Notes under the pieces: generated by a model
Database searches by the model: none
What the model was told of the DNA's origin: nothing
The model's input: only the letters and a program-made list of their open reading frames with translations
Position numbers and translations under genes: made by a program
NCBI GenBank assembly: GCA_951406725.2
Contig: OX597834.1
Span: 9,796,001 to 9,860,000 of the forward strand
Length of the DNA: 64,000 nt
Origin: Octopus vulgaris
Lineage: Eukaryota
Reading direction: 5' to 3'
Part shown: one piece after another, positions 27,353-40,433 of the stretch
How positions within the stretch are numbered: the first letter of the stretch is position 1
Layout of the letters: each line of letters opens with the position of its first letter

Positions 27353-27639
27353 AGCAATTCATGTAAGGTAGTATAAACCAGGGATAACGAATCAATGTTC
27401 TCTTTTATAAATAAATAGATTTCTTGTCTATTAGTTTTTTGGGTTTTTTTTCACTTATTTGTTGCTGTCTCGTCAAACATAATTTCAAGGTTTTCCCTAA
27501 TTAGAGATATTGAGTAAAATTATTGTCCTAACAGACAAAAAATATTTGGTATTGACGAAAAGTTAATTTATTCCCTCTCTCAGCCTCTTATTCTCTCTCT
27601 TTATCCTTATACATTCATGCAGACGCACACACATATATA

Positions 27640-27682
<43 letters not shown>

Positions 27683-28867
27683 TAAATTAACGTATACATA
27701 TGTATACGTTATGTTGGTGCGTGTGTACGTATATATATATATGTGTATGTATTTGTGTATATATCTATGCATATATATACACGTATATACACGCACACGC
27801 ATATACATTATACATATGTATAGGTTAATTTAATATATATATATATATATCTGTACATATATATATATATATATGCATATATATATATATCTGTACATAT
27901 ATATATATATGCATATATATACATATATATATAGGCATAAATGTATGTGGACATATATACATATATATGCATATGTGTATATATGTATGCATATATATAT
28001 ATAGCAAATGTATATATTTGCACAAGCACAGATACACGCACTCACACACGGTCATTTGTACAAAGGTGTGTGTGTGTGTGTGTGTGTGTGCGGTGTGTGC
28101 CGAAAACGTCTATTAAAACCAAGCCAGTTCGTATTTGCAAAGAAAACACCTAAGTCGATCAACCAGGTTAATGGAAAATTTCAAAACAATACAGAAAAAA
28201 AAAAGCCCATAAAAATATATCATTAATAATAATCTATTTATTTTTAAAATAATTCAAACCTCAAAACACGAACAATAAACAACTAAACAAGAAAATCAAT
28301 TTAATCAAAACAAACATTTATTTCTGTAGTATTAAAAATACAATTGAAAGTGACTAATTCAAGAATATTTTGGTTTTTCTATTGTTTCTTTTATTTTTCT
28401 TTATTTTCTTTATTTTCAACATTAAAAAATTATTTTCCTTCTTTCTATGTCATTGGCTCTGTGTTTTATAACTTAAACGTCTTGCAGCAATAATTGTTTA
28501 TATGTTCGACAGCCGCAGAACGCGGTTCTGTGCTAATGAATTTTTGGAATTAAATTCTTAAAATAGACCTTATTTTGTCCTCCCTATATGGTGCAAGACA
28601 GAATAATATCGGCACGCTAATAAATTTGACTACAGGATTCTCTTAAGAGGAGCAAGCCTAAATTAAATGATTGAAGAATTTTTTCAAGTATGCTTAACCC
28701 AAATGATATTTATTTCTTCTGAGATAATCGTGCGTGTCCTTTTTAAGGGTGATACGAAGTCGTTGGATTATTATAAAATTGGTACAACCATAATTTTTAC
28801 ATATTCAGGCGATCTTGAAACGAAAACACAAGGAATTTATATATATATATATATATATATATACACG

Positions 28868-29013
28868 TTTACTGGTTTCGGTCAGTTGGTTTTGGTCATT
28901 CTGGAGCACCTATTTTATTCGAACGAATCGGCCCTAGGACTTATTCTTTGTAAGCCCATTTACGGGGGCGTAAGCACACCGACATTGGTTGTCAAAAGAG
29001 GGTGCGGGGGACA

Positions 29014-29048
<35 letters not shown>

Positions 29049-29207
29049 GACGGACTTCTTTCAGTTTCCATCTACTAAATCCACTCACAAGTCTATGGTC
29101 GGCCCGAGGCTATAGTAGAAGACACTTACCCAAGGTGCCACGCGGTGGCATTGTACCCAGAACCATGTGGTTGGGAAACGCACTTCTTGCTACACTGCCA
29201 CGCCTGC
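28868..29207 (-). mobile_element. SINE family A copy
   Basis: cttctttcagtttcc...aaatccactcacaag...gaagacactt...aaccatgtggttgg is the reverse complement of family A. Confidence 0.88.
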
Positions 29208-29359
29208 ATATATATATATATATATATATACAGAGAGAGAGAGAGAGAGAGAGAGACATTTATATGTATATATTCGTATACATGCCTATACCTGTATATA
29301 CACATATATAATGGTATGTGTGTATATATGAGTTTGTTTGTGTATCTGTGCGTGTGTGA

Positions 29360-29575
29360 TTGGGTCTGTATTTGTCCCTGCCACTGCTTGCCAACCGGTG
29401 TTGGTGTGTTTTCGTCCCTGTAACGAATCATTTCGACTGAAGACACCGATAGAATAAGTAACAGGCTTTAAAGCAACAAACCACGGGATCGATGCGTTAG
29501 ATCAAAATTATTTAAAGCGATGCCCCAGCGTGGCCTTAGTCTAATGATTGAAACAAGTGAAAAATAAAAGATAAG
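29360..29575 (+). mobile_element. SINE family A 3' half, diverged
   Basis: tttgtccc...aaccggtgttggtgtgttt...accgatagaataagta...gaaacaagtgaaaaataaaag. Confidence 0.8.
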
Positions 29576-29669
29576 CATACATACATACATACATGCATTC
29601 ATACATACATACATATATACAGATACATACATACACACGGATGCATATACTCACATGCTTCAGAAAACT

Positions 29670-30240
29670 CCCAAGCTAGCTACTTATAAGCATTATCCAA
29701 GTCTAAAATATGTTCAACAAAGAACATCTTCCAATGTCAATATAAGGAAACTTTAAAAATCCTGAATACACGAACACTTTCTACTAGCACAACAAACATG
29801 CATTCCCACCATCAGCTGCCAAACAGCTACCACTATGATTTCGATACCTACATATTACCATTCAACCAAGCCGTGTCAACAGCGTTAAAAATACATATCT
29901 TGTTTGAGAATCGACAGTGATCAACAGAAGAACAATATAAGCGTAGTACGTCCCATTTGGCTAACAGCTGCCTATTAGTACAAGAAACAACATCAAATTA
30001 AACGATTAGTATTAATTTATTCTTACAAAACACAACCTATCAAAGTAAAGAATTTAATCCGATAAAGTACATTGTGGTCCTGAAATTATAATACAAAGGA
30101 AAAAAACACGAACTAAGAACATTATCGAGAAATTTTACAATCTCCGATACTCGACATGATAGCACGAACCAAAGGGATTGTAAATCATGAACTACAAATA
30201 TATAGACTATGTAACGAACATCAACTGCTAGATACGTTGT
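29670..30240 (+). pseudogene. Decayed Penelope-like element ORF remnant (RT C-terminus to GIY-YIG)
   Basis: Collinear motif echoes: QYKETLK (cf. YxEALxxSGY), LPFNQAVST (cf. NPPFxxxVxTN), KYIVVLKL*YK..KH (cf. YIGxT..FK.R..NH) and YRLCNE (cf. CxLCxxE). Judged by eye; heavily frameshifted. Confidence 0.4.
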
Positions 30241-30569
30241 TTCTCAATCTATACCATATTGCATGCAACCATATATATATGTGAGTGTGTGTGTGTTTTT
30301 ATGTGTATACAAATAAAGTAGAATCGTTAATGCTAAAAAATTATGTATGAAGAAACAGTTTATCCTCGTGAGGTTAGAGTAAAGAAGGCTTTATTCAGTT
30401 TCGCTTGTTTTGCTTTTTAATTCAATATCATATCGCTCTCAACACGTGTACCATCACATTTAAAATGCCTTTTCTGAGTTCTAATCCAGATGAATACTCA
30501 ATTTGAGCTTTCTTCTTACATATCCTTTCCAAATTGAGACACAGTGCTGTCATATACAATTTAAATAAG

Positions 30570-30900
30570 CGTATAGAGCAATGTGTGTTTAGGATGCATG
30601 ATTCCCAACCATATGAGACTGGTTTCAGACCCGTTGTCTGCTGTCTTAGTCTAATGCTGCGGACGAGTCTTGAGCAGACCGGTGGCTTATAATTGAATCT
30701 GATTTAACAAAACTGCACAGAATCCAGTCGTAAATGTGTGTATTTGTGTGTGTGTACGCGTCTCTATAGGTGTGTATTTCTTATGGTACGTACGTTTCGT
30801 AGTGTGTGTCTGTCTATCGATTTCTTATTGCATTGACGTCGCTCAGTGGTTCGGTAAAGAGACTAGGCTTCCTCCGATATGACCAACTAAAATCCACCAG
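30570..30900 (+). mobile_element. Highly diverged SINE family A-related copy
   Basis: cccaaccatatgagactggtttcagaccc...aaactgcacagaatccagtcgta-(TG)n...gtggttcggtaaagagac follows the family A layout. Confidence 0.55.
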
Positions 30901-31014
30901 GGAGAAATCTATTATTTCCGAGGTGTAATGGATGAAATTTTAAAAGGGGGAAAGATATGCGTTCAAACACGCATACATATACTTAATTACTCTCATAAGC
31001 ATAGAAACACAAGG

Positions 31015-31045
<31 letters not shown>

Positions 31046-31197
31046 CGCCATGATAGATCGTTAGCCACTATACACATTTTTTTCTCTCCTTGTTTCTCTC
31101 CTTGTTTTCTGTGACCCTTTCTGTAGTAGAGCGTAGGCTCGAAACGGAAAAGACTTTTTCTATTCCTGGGCGTTATACTAATACATCTGTTTGTTTC
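31046..31197 (+). mobile_element. Element H1, copy 2, with hammerhead-like motif at 31117-31153
   Basis: cttt-CTGTAGTA-GAGC GTAG GCTC-GAAACGGA-aaag. Begins directly after (TA)n. Confidence 0.8.
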
Positions 31198-32049
31198 AAA
31201 TAGCATTGCAGATGCTAACACAAAAGGTCGACATGGTGGAAGTCGAAGCTGCTGCACATACGGACGTGTACAAGTATGATTCCTAGATCAGTTGACTGTT
31301 GGAAATCAGTACACTTCTGGCACTTACAAGAGTATTCTTCATTCCAAGAGTAGCCTCAACATATTAGACTTGCAAGTTGCTCAGTCCAGATCTCAAAAAA
31401 TCGATCAATGACAAGAAAAATGTGTACGATACGTTGGTAACAGAACATAAAACCGAACGAGTAATGAGATAGATGCAAAATGTCTTCTGGCTCAGACAAT
31501 ATGTAAAATAACTTATGGAGAAAAAAGTTATATATTTGGATACAAGATTTACTTCAATCTTGTTACATAGTAGGGCAAAATATATATTTATTATATCAGA
31601 GAGTATGTCGTTTGTGATGTTCCGAATATTGTCCTTTGAAGTCCTCGTGTACTCCGACAATTCGTGAGATAAAACATTGTAGCAATAATCAACTTTCTAG
31701 AAATATAACAAATACATCGACACACACACACACACACATATCTACATACATCTATATATTTTATTAAGTATACGTGTGTCTGTGTGTGTGTGTAATATGC
31801 TACGCTCTAAAGGCCTACTTATTTGTCATACTGTTCATATTGTACTACAAATTATTCCTTGCTGAAACACTGCTGTGATTCAACTCGTTATTAGCTAAAT
31901 TCCAAACAAACTAATCGGTGAATGCCATAAATAGCTTTTTCGCTATTAGCAAGGCGAAGTAAGGTGGTTTTATTTGTATTCCTTTACATTAATATTTACG
32001 ATCTTTTCATCTCTGTAAGACGTCACTTCTATTCATGAAAAAATAAATG

Positions 32050-33370
32050 TAAAAAGATCGTTGAATGTATTTTCATACAAAGTCCATAGCTTTTTATTAC
32101 AAGCATGCAGGCAATAAATGGAATGTTACTTTATTACTATTATATGGAAGAATTAAAAAGTTACTGGTTTCTTTGCCATTATCTTTATGTTCGATTATCC
32201 TGCATAAATACCGTATATGAATATTGCAAGTTCTTGGAAAGAAAACGTAAGAAATGCACGCACGTATTAGAAAAGATATTTATAATGTTGTTTTGACCTT
32301 TCTTATGTAGGCATCATTTTACATAGCAACAACATTTGTTCCATAAAAAAGGGTTTTCTATAAGAATATTGTTCCGTTAATAGGTATATTCACAAAGAAG
32401 CGCCAATGAACTAGGTAATTTCATTCCATTATCTATCTGCTGCAGAACTTTCTTTAAATCTCCTTTGCCGACTTTCATCAAAGCTTCTGGATTCATTTCT
32501 TTTCTCTGAAAAGGATTTTGCATTTTCTAGCATGAAGGTGCATCACAATTATGCAACACTCAATGTTGGTCGTTTGATTTGATTTTACAAATTCGGCTTT
32601 TGTTTTTTGTTTTACCAAACTGCAAATTTTTATGGTACGTGCACCCAGTTCCTCAAGCTCTGGGGATTCCTTCCACAAGGAAATAATTCAATCCCCTGTT
32701 TACTGGAATTGATATTAGCACGTTACTCACGCTTATATATAATTATAAAATATAGTGCTTGTATTAGAAACAATATCTACCCTCAGTGAACATAGAACAT
32801 TTTTGTCATAAACAAATAATCAAAGTACCTCAATAATTGCGCTTTATATTGAACATGTTTCAATCATTTCGAAATATTTTACATCATTCCTATTCACTGT
32901 CGCTTTTACTTAAACAGCAGTCATCTCTGGTTTAATAACCTCTTGAGTTTCGTTCTCTAGATTTAATATAACAAGAAGTACATAATTTTGCATGTTTTAT
33001 TCGTCTTAAGACGTTCTATTGTAAATTTTCGCAAAATACGTTGTTTTTAGATTATCATGTACAATTCGAGAGAGCAACTTAGAGGGTAACTTTAATTCTC
33101 CTTTTTATATATCCAAATTCTACGACTATTCAGTTTGTGCTATTTAAAAACAATTACATGATACAGAACTTTTTTGTATATCCTTTTTATTATTTTTTTG
33201 TTGCAATGAACTGATTTTTCAGAATGTTTTCTGAACGAAATTAGTAATTAGTTTTGTTAAACACTTTCACTTGAAAACGCAATGTCATCCAAATTGACAG
33301 TATTTGGAATTTCCTTATTTGCAAAAGTAGATGGGAGTACTTACTTGATGAATTTTCTTCAGAACAACAT
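32050..33370 (-). pseudogene. Fossil hAT transposase, Buster/Charlie (ZBED5/ZBED8-like) type
   Basis: Collinear minus-strand motifs: FSSESV*QN*LLISFRKHSE (cf. LSNESMKPSKLKRHLETKH), IAQTE*S*NL (cf. IAKxxKPHTIGE), NVLRRIK (cf. NTVxRRI), KAQLLRYFDY (cf. AQLLxYVRY) and SLVKQK...CCIIVMHLHARKCKIL (cf. LVK...HCxIHRxAL). Confidence 0.65.
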
Positions 33371-33804
33371 TTCTTGTCTAAGATAAGCATATTTAGAGCT
33401 TATCTATGCCGATTCATTTCTAAAGTACACGATGTTCTTCAAATTACTTACTATTTAAAAAGCGTTCAAGCTTCAGATCTATATTTTGCTTGTTGATTTA
33501 ACTCACTAAGCTGGCAGGTAACGTACCAGTCGTTCATAACTATAAGTAGGCAGTCAAAACATTTCGTAGCTTAATTTCAGGTGAAAGAGACATTTTAAGG
33601 GATAATAATCATAATCCTGAAACCTTTGTTGTTACTAAGTTCTTTTTCACCTAGTTAATATTACTTTCGTCTGATATATTCTTTAACTGCTAAAGACGAT
33701 GTACAACACTACACGCTCACATGAATATGAAGTTATGTCAATATAATTCCGAAAGCAGTATTGACTAATAAATGGAAATTTAATATGGAAATATTATAAT
33801 AACG

Positions 33805-34255
33805 GTTTCAAATTTTGGCATACTGCCAGCAATTTGAAGGAATGAGGCGATATGTCGTTTACAGCATCTGAAGTACTTGACTGGTACATATTTTCTTGAC
33901 CAAGGAAATATGAAAGGCATTGTTAACCTCTGAGGCATTTGAATTCAGAACGTAAACATTCGGAAGAAATCCTGCTAGGCATTTTGTAGTAGTAATAATA
34001 ATAATAATAATAATCATTATCATGATAACAATAATAGTTTTAAATTTTGCCACAGGAGCAGCAATTTTAGGGAAGGGAATGAGTCGATTACATAGACTTG
34101 CAGTGTTCAACTGGTACTTGTTTCATTGACGCCGAAAGAATGAATAGTGAAATCGACATCGGCGGAATTTGAACTAAGAAATTGAACTAAGAACGACGGG
34201 CGAAATAGCGCTAAGTATTTCGTACGGCGCGCTAACGATTCTGCCAGCACGCCGC
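33805..34255 (-). mobile_element. Two tandem SINE family B (tail 2) copies separated by (AAT)n
   Basis: 33805-33985 and 34037-34255. The second ends gctaacgattctgccagcacgccgc, the reverse complement of the head. Confidence 0.8.
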
Positions 34256-34559
34256 GTGATAATAATGATGAAGATGACATGGCCATTTATGGAATAAACT
34301 GGGAACATTGGAAATGATGAATGCTGACTCTGACTTGAGGGTGATATGTTTACCATTTCTTGAAGTTTGAGCGACGCCTTATTTTCAGATTTATTTTTCA
34401 ATTTCATTTAGTGAATTCAAGGCGTTCTGAACGTTGGTTTGAGAAAGAAATATTCTTTTACCATTTGAGGGAGATGTGCCTACAATTTCTAGAACGTTGA
34501 ACGGTTCTATAGAAACTCCGCTGTTAGATCTAAAATAAGATATAAGGAGACAAGAGAGT

Positions 34560-34943
34560 ATTCTTTTACTTGTTGATTTGTTTCAGTCATTTGACTGTCG
34601 TCATGCTGGAGCACCACTTATAGTCGAGCAAATCGACTCCAGGAATTATTCTTAGTACTTATTCTATCGGTCTCTTTTGCTAAGTTACGGGGACGTAAAC
34701 ACACCAGCATCGGTTGTCAAGCGATGTTGGATGGGACAAACACAGACACACAAACACACATACATATATATACATATATACGGAGGGCTTCTTTCAGTTT
34801 CCGTCTACCAAATCCACTCACAAGGCTTTGGTCAGACCAAGGCTATAGTAGAAGACACTTGCCCAAGGTGCCAGGCAGTGGGACTGAACCCGGAACCATG
34901 TGGTTGGTAAGCAATCAACTTACCATACAGTCACTCCAACGCC
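34560..34943 (-). mobile_element. SINE family A, full length
   Basis: Reverse complement of family A from the tail (ttttacttg...tttcagtcatttgactg) to the head (cagtcactccaacgcc). Confidence 0.92.
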
Positions 34944-35662
34944 TATTCTGTTATTCTGGCAAATAATCTTAATCCAAAGAAGATATAACTAAACTGCACA
35001 CTTAGTTCCTTGCGAGCAGGAACGGAATTGATGCGATTAAGTGTTTGCAACATCGTTTCAAATATTTCATTTTAAACAATGAATATTTGGAAAAAAAAAT
35101 TCTATACAAACGTAACCGAAGTAATAAATTTAGCATTGAGAGAAAATTAACTAGAATTAATTCTTTATTCAAGATTCAATCTTTTACACGTTTAGTTCTC
35201 CTTTGTTGTATTTCAAGTGATTCGAATTTCTATTGTTATATTTCATCCATATTTTAGCTTATAATTAAACTTCTCTGCCATTTAGTTAGCCATCAGTAAA
35301 ATATATATTGAATTATTATTTCAATCAAGATATGAATCAGTTATCTTTTTATTCCTCCTTTATTTCTTTCATATTTTCAACTGTCAGTATCTTCACTGTT
35401 CGAGAATATGTTATCAGAAGATGGTATCAATTGTTTGCGTTAATTTAGCTATAATTAAGTTGTAAATAGACAGCGGCAACAGTCGGTGGGCTTGGTGGCT
35501 TCCGTCCAGTTGATATATGTGAAATACAAGTGTACTGTACTTGTATCGTGTTGCATCTATGTATGAGCAATTTCACTGCATATGTCTCTGTGTGTTCGTA
35601 TATATGTATGCAAGTATGTACTTATTTGTGTATGTATATATGCAAATATGTACGTTTTTATG

Positions 35663-35695
<33 letters not shown>

Positions 35696-35697
35696 AT

Positions 35698-35890
35698 GTA
35701 CGTACGTAAGTAGTATGGCTGGCTGTATGTATGGGCATGGATGTATATTTTGTGTTTGTATTTATGTATGTATATATGCAAGCATGTACGTATTTATGTA
35801 TGTATATACGTATGTACGTACGTAAGTAATATGGCTGGCTGGATTGCTGTTTGTGTGGGCATGGATGTATATTTTATGTTTGTATGTTTG
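35698..35890. repeat. Imperfect tandem duplication (~117-bp period) in microsatellite DNA
   Basis: gtacgtacgtaagta(g/a)tatggctggctg...gggcatggatgtatatttt occurs twice. Confidence 0.75.
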
Positions 35891-35933
35891 TATGTGTCTA
35901 GATATGAGTGTATGTGTAGATAGGTTTATGGGC

Positions 35934-35980
<47 letters not shown>

Positions 35981-35983
<3 letters not shown>

Positions 35984-36204
35984 ATATTTTTGTGTAATAC
36001 GATAAAAAAAACCAAGGCTGTGTAGATATTAGAGCATTTATAGATAGTAGGTCTTACATCTGTTTCTATGATATTTATTAATGATATTCCTTCATCGGAG
36101 ACGGTGTGAGAGGATAGTTAAGTCAGAGTTAGTTTTGATGTGGTACAAAATAGAGAGTGAGTTGGAGGAAAGAAAATAGATGCAAGATATGTATGGGTAT
36201 TGAA

Positions 36205-36210
<6 letters not shown>
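35981..36210 (-). mobile_element. (TA)n-embedded element H3 with hammerhead-like motif
   Basis: Unique ~230 bp between two long (TA)n runs; contains the motif at 36051-36102. Confidence 0.65.
36051..36102 (-). ncRNA. Type-I hammerhead-ribozyme-like motif (CCGAUGA core)
   Basis: gtct-CCGATGAA-GGAATATCATTAATAAATATCATA-GAAACAGATGTA-agac: stem I gtct/agac, near-palindromic stem III ACAG(A)TGT and a GUA triplet. Stem II is decayed. Confidence 0.55.
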
Positions 36211-36241
<31 letters not shown>

Positions 36242-36243
36242 AT

Positions 36244-36311
36244 CCCGTTACTCTACCATCGTGGAGATTAGGTGTTTTTGCTCAATAAGCACTCACACTT
36301 TGCGCCTCCAC
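36244..36311 (-). mobile_element. Heavily deleted SINE family C fragment
   Basis: Reverse complement gtggaggcgcaaagtgtgagtgcttattgagcaaaaacacctaatctccacg matches the head and body pieces of 25141. Confidence 0.6.
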
Positions 36312-36456
36312 TTGCTGCTGCTGTTACCGTTGCTATTTACGTTATTAATTTTGTTTACGCAAAATTTTTAAGTCATATCATTTGATTAAACAATTCCCCA
36401 CCCACACGTATACAATATCCTAATTTTTCAATTTACATAATCCGATTCATCTAAAC

Positions 36457-36782
36457 CAGTTTTCTCATTTAAACCAATTGCCTATTGACCCCTTTGATGC
36501 TTATTTCACTCTGCTGCACCCTGTAACATTTGATGTTTAGAAAAAAAGCATATTACATTATTATAATTAAATATTATTATCGGGTAAAAGGTAAAGTCCC
36601 TTATAGGAATGCACCTGGAAAGTTCCCCCGAGGTAAACCATCACTGAACGATCTAACTACTAAGCCACGCGCTTTCACAACATACTTTATAAGTAATTGT
36701 ATCTAAAAATTCCTAACTTTTAAGAAGATAATCTTATATAGACATGCCCCAGTCTCATATGGCCCCCAGTTTAGAACCACTG
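36457..36782. mobile_element. hAT (Charlie-like) MITE containing a nested SINE C fragment (~36585-36678, minus)
   Basis: Termini CAGTTTTCTC... and ...TTAGAACCACTG. Flanks atctaaac/atcaaagc (6/8) fit a decayed 8-bp TSD. The inner ctaactactaagccacgcgctttcac is the reverse complement of the 63443 head. Confidence 0.6.
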
Positions 36783-37094
36783 ATCAAAGCATTCCTTTCT
36801 CAACCTTACATATACTCCTTGTTTACGTACCTGCATACACTCTCTAGAATAAGTTACTTTTATAATATACGTTCTCTGTGTTATGACTTCTAGCAATCCA
36901 TAAATTTCGTCGCGACATTTAATACAAACATTAAGACTGAATCATTCTCTGATTTCAATAAATTTAAAACCTCCTGACTCCTAAAGCTTCACGTGATTGA
37001 ACATACAATTACATCAGCGTTTCGTTTACGTTCTTTAGTGGAAAGAACTCCACTGAGCGATGCAAAACGTCCTTTTCTTAAAAATCATTTATAG

Positions 37095-37552
37095 TTATAT
37101 ATACACACTCACACACACACACATATATATATATACATAAATATTTATGTATATATATATATATATATATTATATAAATAATTGTGTGTATATATATATA
37201 TATATTATATAAATAATTGTGTGTATATATAATTTATATATATATATGTATATATATTATATATATGTGTATTTATATAATATATACAATTTATATATGT
37301 ATGTATATATATTATATACATTTATATATATATACATATATGTATATATATCATATTTAAATATAGGTATATATATATTATATACATTTATATATATATA
37401 TGTATATATTATATATATATATGTATTTATATAATATATATGATTGATATATATCTATATATTATATATATATATGTACTTATATAATATATATGATTGA
37501 TATATATCTATATATTATATATATATATGTACTTATATAATATATATGATTG

Positions 37553-37586
<34 letters not shown>

Positions 37587-37770
37587 GTATTTATATAATA
37601 TATGATTGATATATATCTATATATTATATATATATATATATCATATATATATGTATATATACATGCATATAGAAGTATATATATATATATATATGTATAT
37701 ACATATATATAAATATTTATATATCTTTAGATATATATACATATATATTTGTACATACACACACATACTC
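37095..37770. repeat. Long AT-rich compound microsatellite with ~53-bp higher-order units
   Basis: The anchor tatgattgatatatatctatatatt is repeated within (TA)n. Confidence 0.92.
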
Positions 37771-38555
37771 TCATATGTCCACCACCACAAATGTATATGC
37801 ATGCTATACTTAACACGCATATGATATTTCGATGTGCATTAAAGCAAAAGAAAAATAAGCGATATATTATGCTTCTTTTAAATAATAAATCAAATATCCA
37901 AGCTCTGTCATTATATTACAGCTTGACATCTGACACGAATACAATTTCAAGTATATATAAACGCACTGTATTCTTATTTTTTTGTCAGAATCGCAGTAAA
38001 TCTTCTACTTTTGCCAATATAATTAAATTTTGAAGGAAAAAAGTTGCCGCTTTCTATGTCAACAGGAGAGAGAGGATTTAAAACAGTGATATAATGTGAT
38101 ATAAAACAAGTCATATATAAAAGTTTATTTCCCATACGATACTCAATTATATAATTCATAGGGATATTTTTTCATGCGTGTAATAGATTATTTTTTTTCT
38201 CTTATATGTCATTCGATTTATTGTTAGAAAATAAGAAATTCGTATTATATGAGCGACAGAAATTCACTGACAAAAACTCATTCCCACTGGAAATAATATA
38301 ACGTGTGTCCACAAAATTGTTCCAGACACACTCGTATAATATGTGCGTTTATGTATGTATATATATATAAATATATATACATACATACACACAATGTTTG
38401 TGAATATGTATTTCTGTGCATGTGTGTGTGTGTGTCCGTTGACTGTTCATAAATACATAAATGTTTTTCTAACACATGTAATAATAAAAAGATCGTCAAA
38501 TTTAGCTTAAACATCCACTAAGTTACTATCTTTACACGTATGTAAGTATTTGCCT

Positions 38556-38933
38556 TGGTTGTGTGGTAAGTAGCTTCCTTACCAACCATATAATTCTAGG
38601 ATCAGTTCCACAGAGTGGCTAACCAAATCTTGTGAGTGGATATGGTAGACGGAAACTGAAAGAAGTCCGTCGTATATATATATATATTTATATATGTGTG
38701 TGTATGTGTGCGTATTTGTGGGTGTGAGTGTGTGTTTCTGTGTCTGCGTTTATCCCCGACATCGCTTGACAACCGATGTTGGTGTGTTTACGTCCCTGTA
38801 CTCTGGCGGTTCGCCATCAGAGATCGATAGAATGAGTACCGGGCTTATAAAGAATAAGTTCTGGGGTCGATTTGTTCGACTAAAGGCGGTGTTCCACCAT
38901 GGCCGCAGTAAATTGACTGAAACAAATAAAAGG
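38556..38933 (+). mobile_element. SINE family A copy, internally deleted
   Basis: tggttgtgtggtaagtagctt...gtgagtggatatggtagacggaaactgaaagaag...gactgaaacaaataaaag. It lacks the TTGGGCAAG block. Confidence 0.88.
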
Positions 38934-39182
38934 AAATATATGTGCATGTGTCTGTGTGTGTATGTATGTGTGTGTGTGTGAGAGAGATAGATAGAGGGGG
39001 AGAGAGTGTGTGCGTGTGTGTTGTTCAAATGTAAAGATGTGCACAGGCGTACACTGATTTTAGCGTTCTATCTACAAGAAACGATTTGTGTGTACAGAAA
39101 CATTGCATTATTGCTGTGGAGGTCTCAACGTAACCTCGAAATCTATGACAAGCTGGTTGCTGTAAATATGACCTACAGTTTA

Positions 39183-39258
39183 TTATCTTTTATTCCCTTT
39201 AGGCAGTGGCCGGCAGCCATGCTGGAGCACAGCTTTGATGGACTCTCGTCGAACAATT
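39183..39258 (-). mobile_element. SINE family A tail fragment
   Basis: gcagccatgctggagcacagcttt...gtcgaacaa. Confidence 0.55.
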
Positions 39259-39477
39259 TTATGTAGCCCAGTCTGCGTCTGAGATCTGGTCCTTAACGTT
39301 TGCCCTCTTCTGCTAAGTTAAGAGACGTAGGCAACCTCAAACCGGATCTTGGGGATAAGCACAATCACTCCAGCAAATACACACACACAAACCTGCATAT
39401 ATATATATATATATATATATAAATACATACATACAAATATGTACATACCTACATATATATGTATATGTGCAGGCATA

Positions 39478-39720
39478 TATGGGTACAGGACATCAAAAAA
39501 CGTAGAACACAATGAGAAACGAAAACACAAAAACATGGAAATGAACTTTTTTTCAAACAACAAAACACAGAGTACAAGACATAAAACATACGGTATATTC
39601 CCCTTCTTCAGTTGTCCCTGTTCGTCTACTCCGCGTGTCGAAGTCAAGGACAAGACGTGACTTCGTTGAAACATTCCCTCCCGCAAAGCAAAATAAATAT
39701 AATTTGGGATTTGTTTCGAT
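39478..39720 (-). mobile_element. Microsatellite-embedded short element H6 (possible PLE LTR-like)
   Basis: Unique block between TA-rich runs. The minus strand has CTGAAGAAGGGGAAT and a GAAGTCA/TGACTTC stem followed by GACACGCG, but no complete hammerhead. Confidence 0.35.
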
Positions 39721-40367
39721 ATATATGTAATGTGTGTGTATGTGTATATATATTCAGATATATACATATTTAAATCTACATATGTCTTCTATGAAAAGGC
39801 AAATTCGAGCGCCCCTTCGTATCGGCTCTTCTTACATATCATAAGGTATATTGCCAATTTAAATGTGATTACTTTTACTTTCATCCTTTATGAAGCTACC
39901 TCACTAATCGCTTTGCAAATATGTATATAAACAGACACTCATATACATGTGTGTGTATACACACAGACACACACTCATACATACATATTTTTTTAAATTT
40001 CATATATTTCTATAGATATATTTGTGGTAAAGTCTAAAAGTCTAAACATGAGACGAAATATCTGTGTGTGTTTGTGTGTGTGTATATGAAAGCCAGTTAA
40101 AATGGCGAGTAAATTGCAAATACAAACTTAATAAAACATCATACAGCATGGAAAAAAAAACAAAAAAACAAACCCGTCTGAATAAATGAACGAATAATAT
40201 ACAATTATTAATTTCACTACTTTCCAATATCAATAGTTATTGTTATATAGGTTTCCTGTGTTTTATCCGTATTTCATTTATTTTAAAGGCATTATGTATT
40301 TAAAAACAGATTGTCTATCACCCGCTAGTTCTTCCTGTGTCTTTTTACGTTCTATAGTCACGTAAAG

Positions 40368-40433
<66 letters not shown>

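Noticed and set aside
31380-31460. INDKKNVYDTL resembling the LINE RT motif IDxKKAYD
   Set aside because: It is a single weak motif without collinear support. Possibly a LINE fossil, but not supportable by eye.
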